64,000 bases of DNA from Rhina ancylostomus (taxonomy: Eukaryota): the NCBI GenBank assembly GCA_030265395.1, contig JARFYF010000017.1, positions 42,681,144-42,745,143 of the forward strand. Reading direction: 5' to 3'. Made by a program: the position numbers and the translations under genes. Under the pieces are notes generated by a model, which was not told the origin of the DNA, did not search any database, and was given only the letters and a program-made list of their open reading frames with translations. Of this stretch, positions 63,215 through 64,000 are shown one piece after another. Position 1 is the stretch's first letter; every line of letters starts with the position of its first letter.

Positions 63215-64000
63215 CTAGAATTGGAAAACTGCATGTAAATTTTATTCCCAGTCATCAAATGTCAGAATAGTGGAGTCAAAATGTCAAACACACATAAAAG
63301 GGGATTTCAAATCCAAATTTCTTTCCTTTAATTAAAGCTGAGAGGATTTTTCTTACGCCCTCCCTGCTGACAGCAAAATCTTGGAGTCACTGTGAAACAG
63401 CTTAGGCAGTGCCACCAGCTCTGAGTAGTACTGTTCTTCAATCAGTACGTGTCTTAGGAGTTGAGAAAATTGAAGGTCCCAGATGAAGTTAGAGAGGAAG
63501 GTGAGAGACATCTGCTTCCCCAGAAGCAGCTAATCAATAACACTTGTTTGCAGAATAAAACAACCAGGGGATTGATCCATTATTGTTTGACAGGCAAGCA
63601 TTGCATGACATGTTGGGACAGTCCACCATATACAAAAACTGAATTCTAGCAGGCAAACATTATTAGATCCCAACCCAACATAAACTACCAACACTCACAT
63701 TCCATCTTGCACTACAGTCATGACTTGCTCGAACATTGGAGGCTCAGTATTGTTTCCTACAAGAGTCCTCCTGATAACTTCAACATTTAAAGTAAACACA
63801 GCATGGAGATAGGTCCTTCAGCCCACCTAGCCCATGCCAACCAAGATACCCATTTAAGCTTGTCCTATTTGCCTGTGTTTGGATACGCCAAACTAATCTG
63901 AGCACTGCCTTTTGGCCACCATCTTAAATTGCAAGAAAACCCCATTAGACAAGCATTACTAAAGTTCCAAAAGGTGCTAGATTAGAGTTTTACTGTATTA

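Overview
This is vertebrate genomic DNA from a draft assembly with several N-gaps. The repeat content (CR1, Rex1/Babar, Penelope-like elements, V-SINE, Deu-SINE) points to a cartilaginous fish, probably a shark or ray. Two minus-strand genes lie in tandem. RFWD3 (RING-WD40 E3 ligase, FANCW) is represented by 11 coding exons from 63214 to the stop at 39132; they join in phase, every visible splice site is canonical GT-AG, one donor lies in a gap, and the 5' end is beyond the window. GLG1 (Golgi glycoprotein 1) is represented by its CpG-island promoter and first coding exon (22758-22342), followed by more than 22 kb of intron 1; I could not find exon 2. The rest is mostly decayed retroelements. 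The most notable observations are a TATA plus TISU core promoter on GLG1, a PIP-box-like motif in the disordered N-terminus of RFWD3, a family of minimal hammerhead-ribozyme relics in Penelope termini (one with intact core nucleotides), a CR1 insertion that seems to have displaced a branch point, and a three-level nested retroelement. I found no convincing wholly new system. All family assignments and human comparisons are from recognition and memory, not from searches, and repeat boundaries are approximate.
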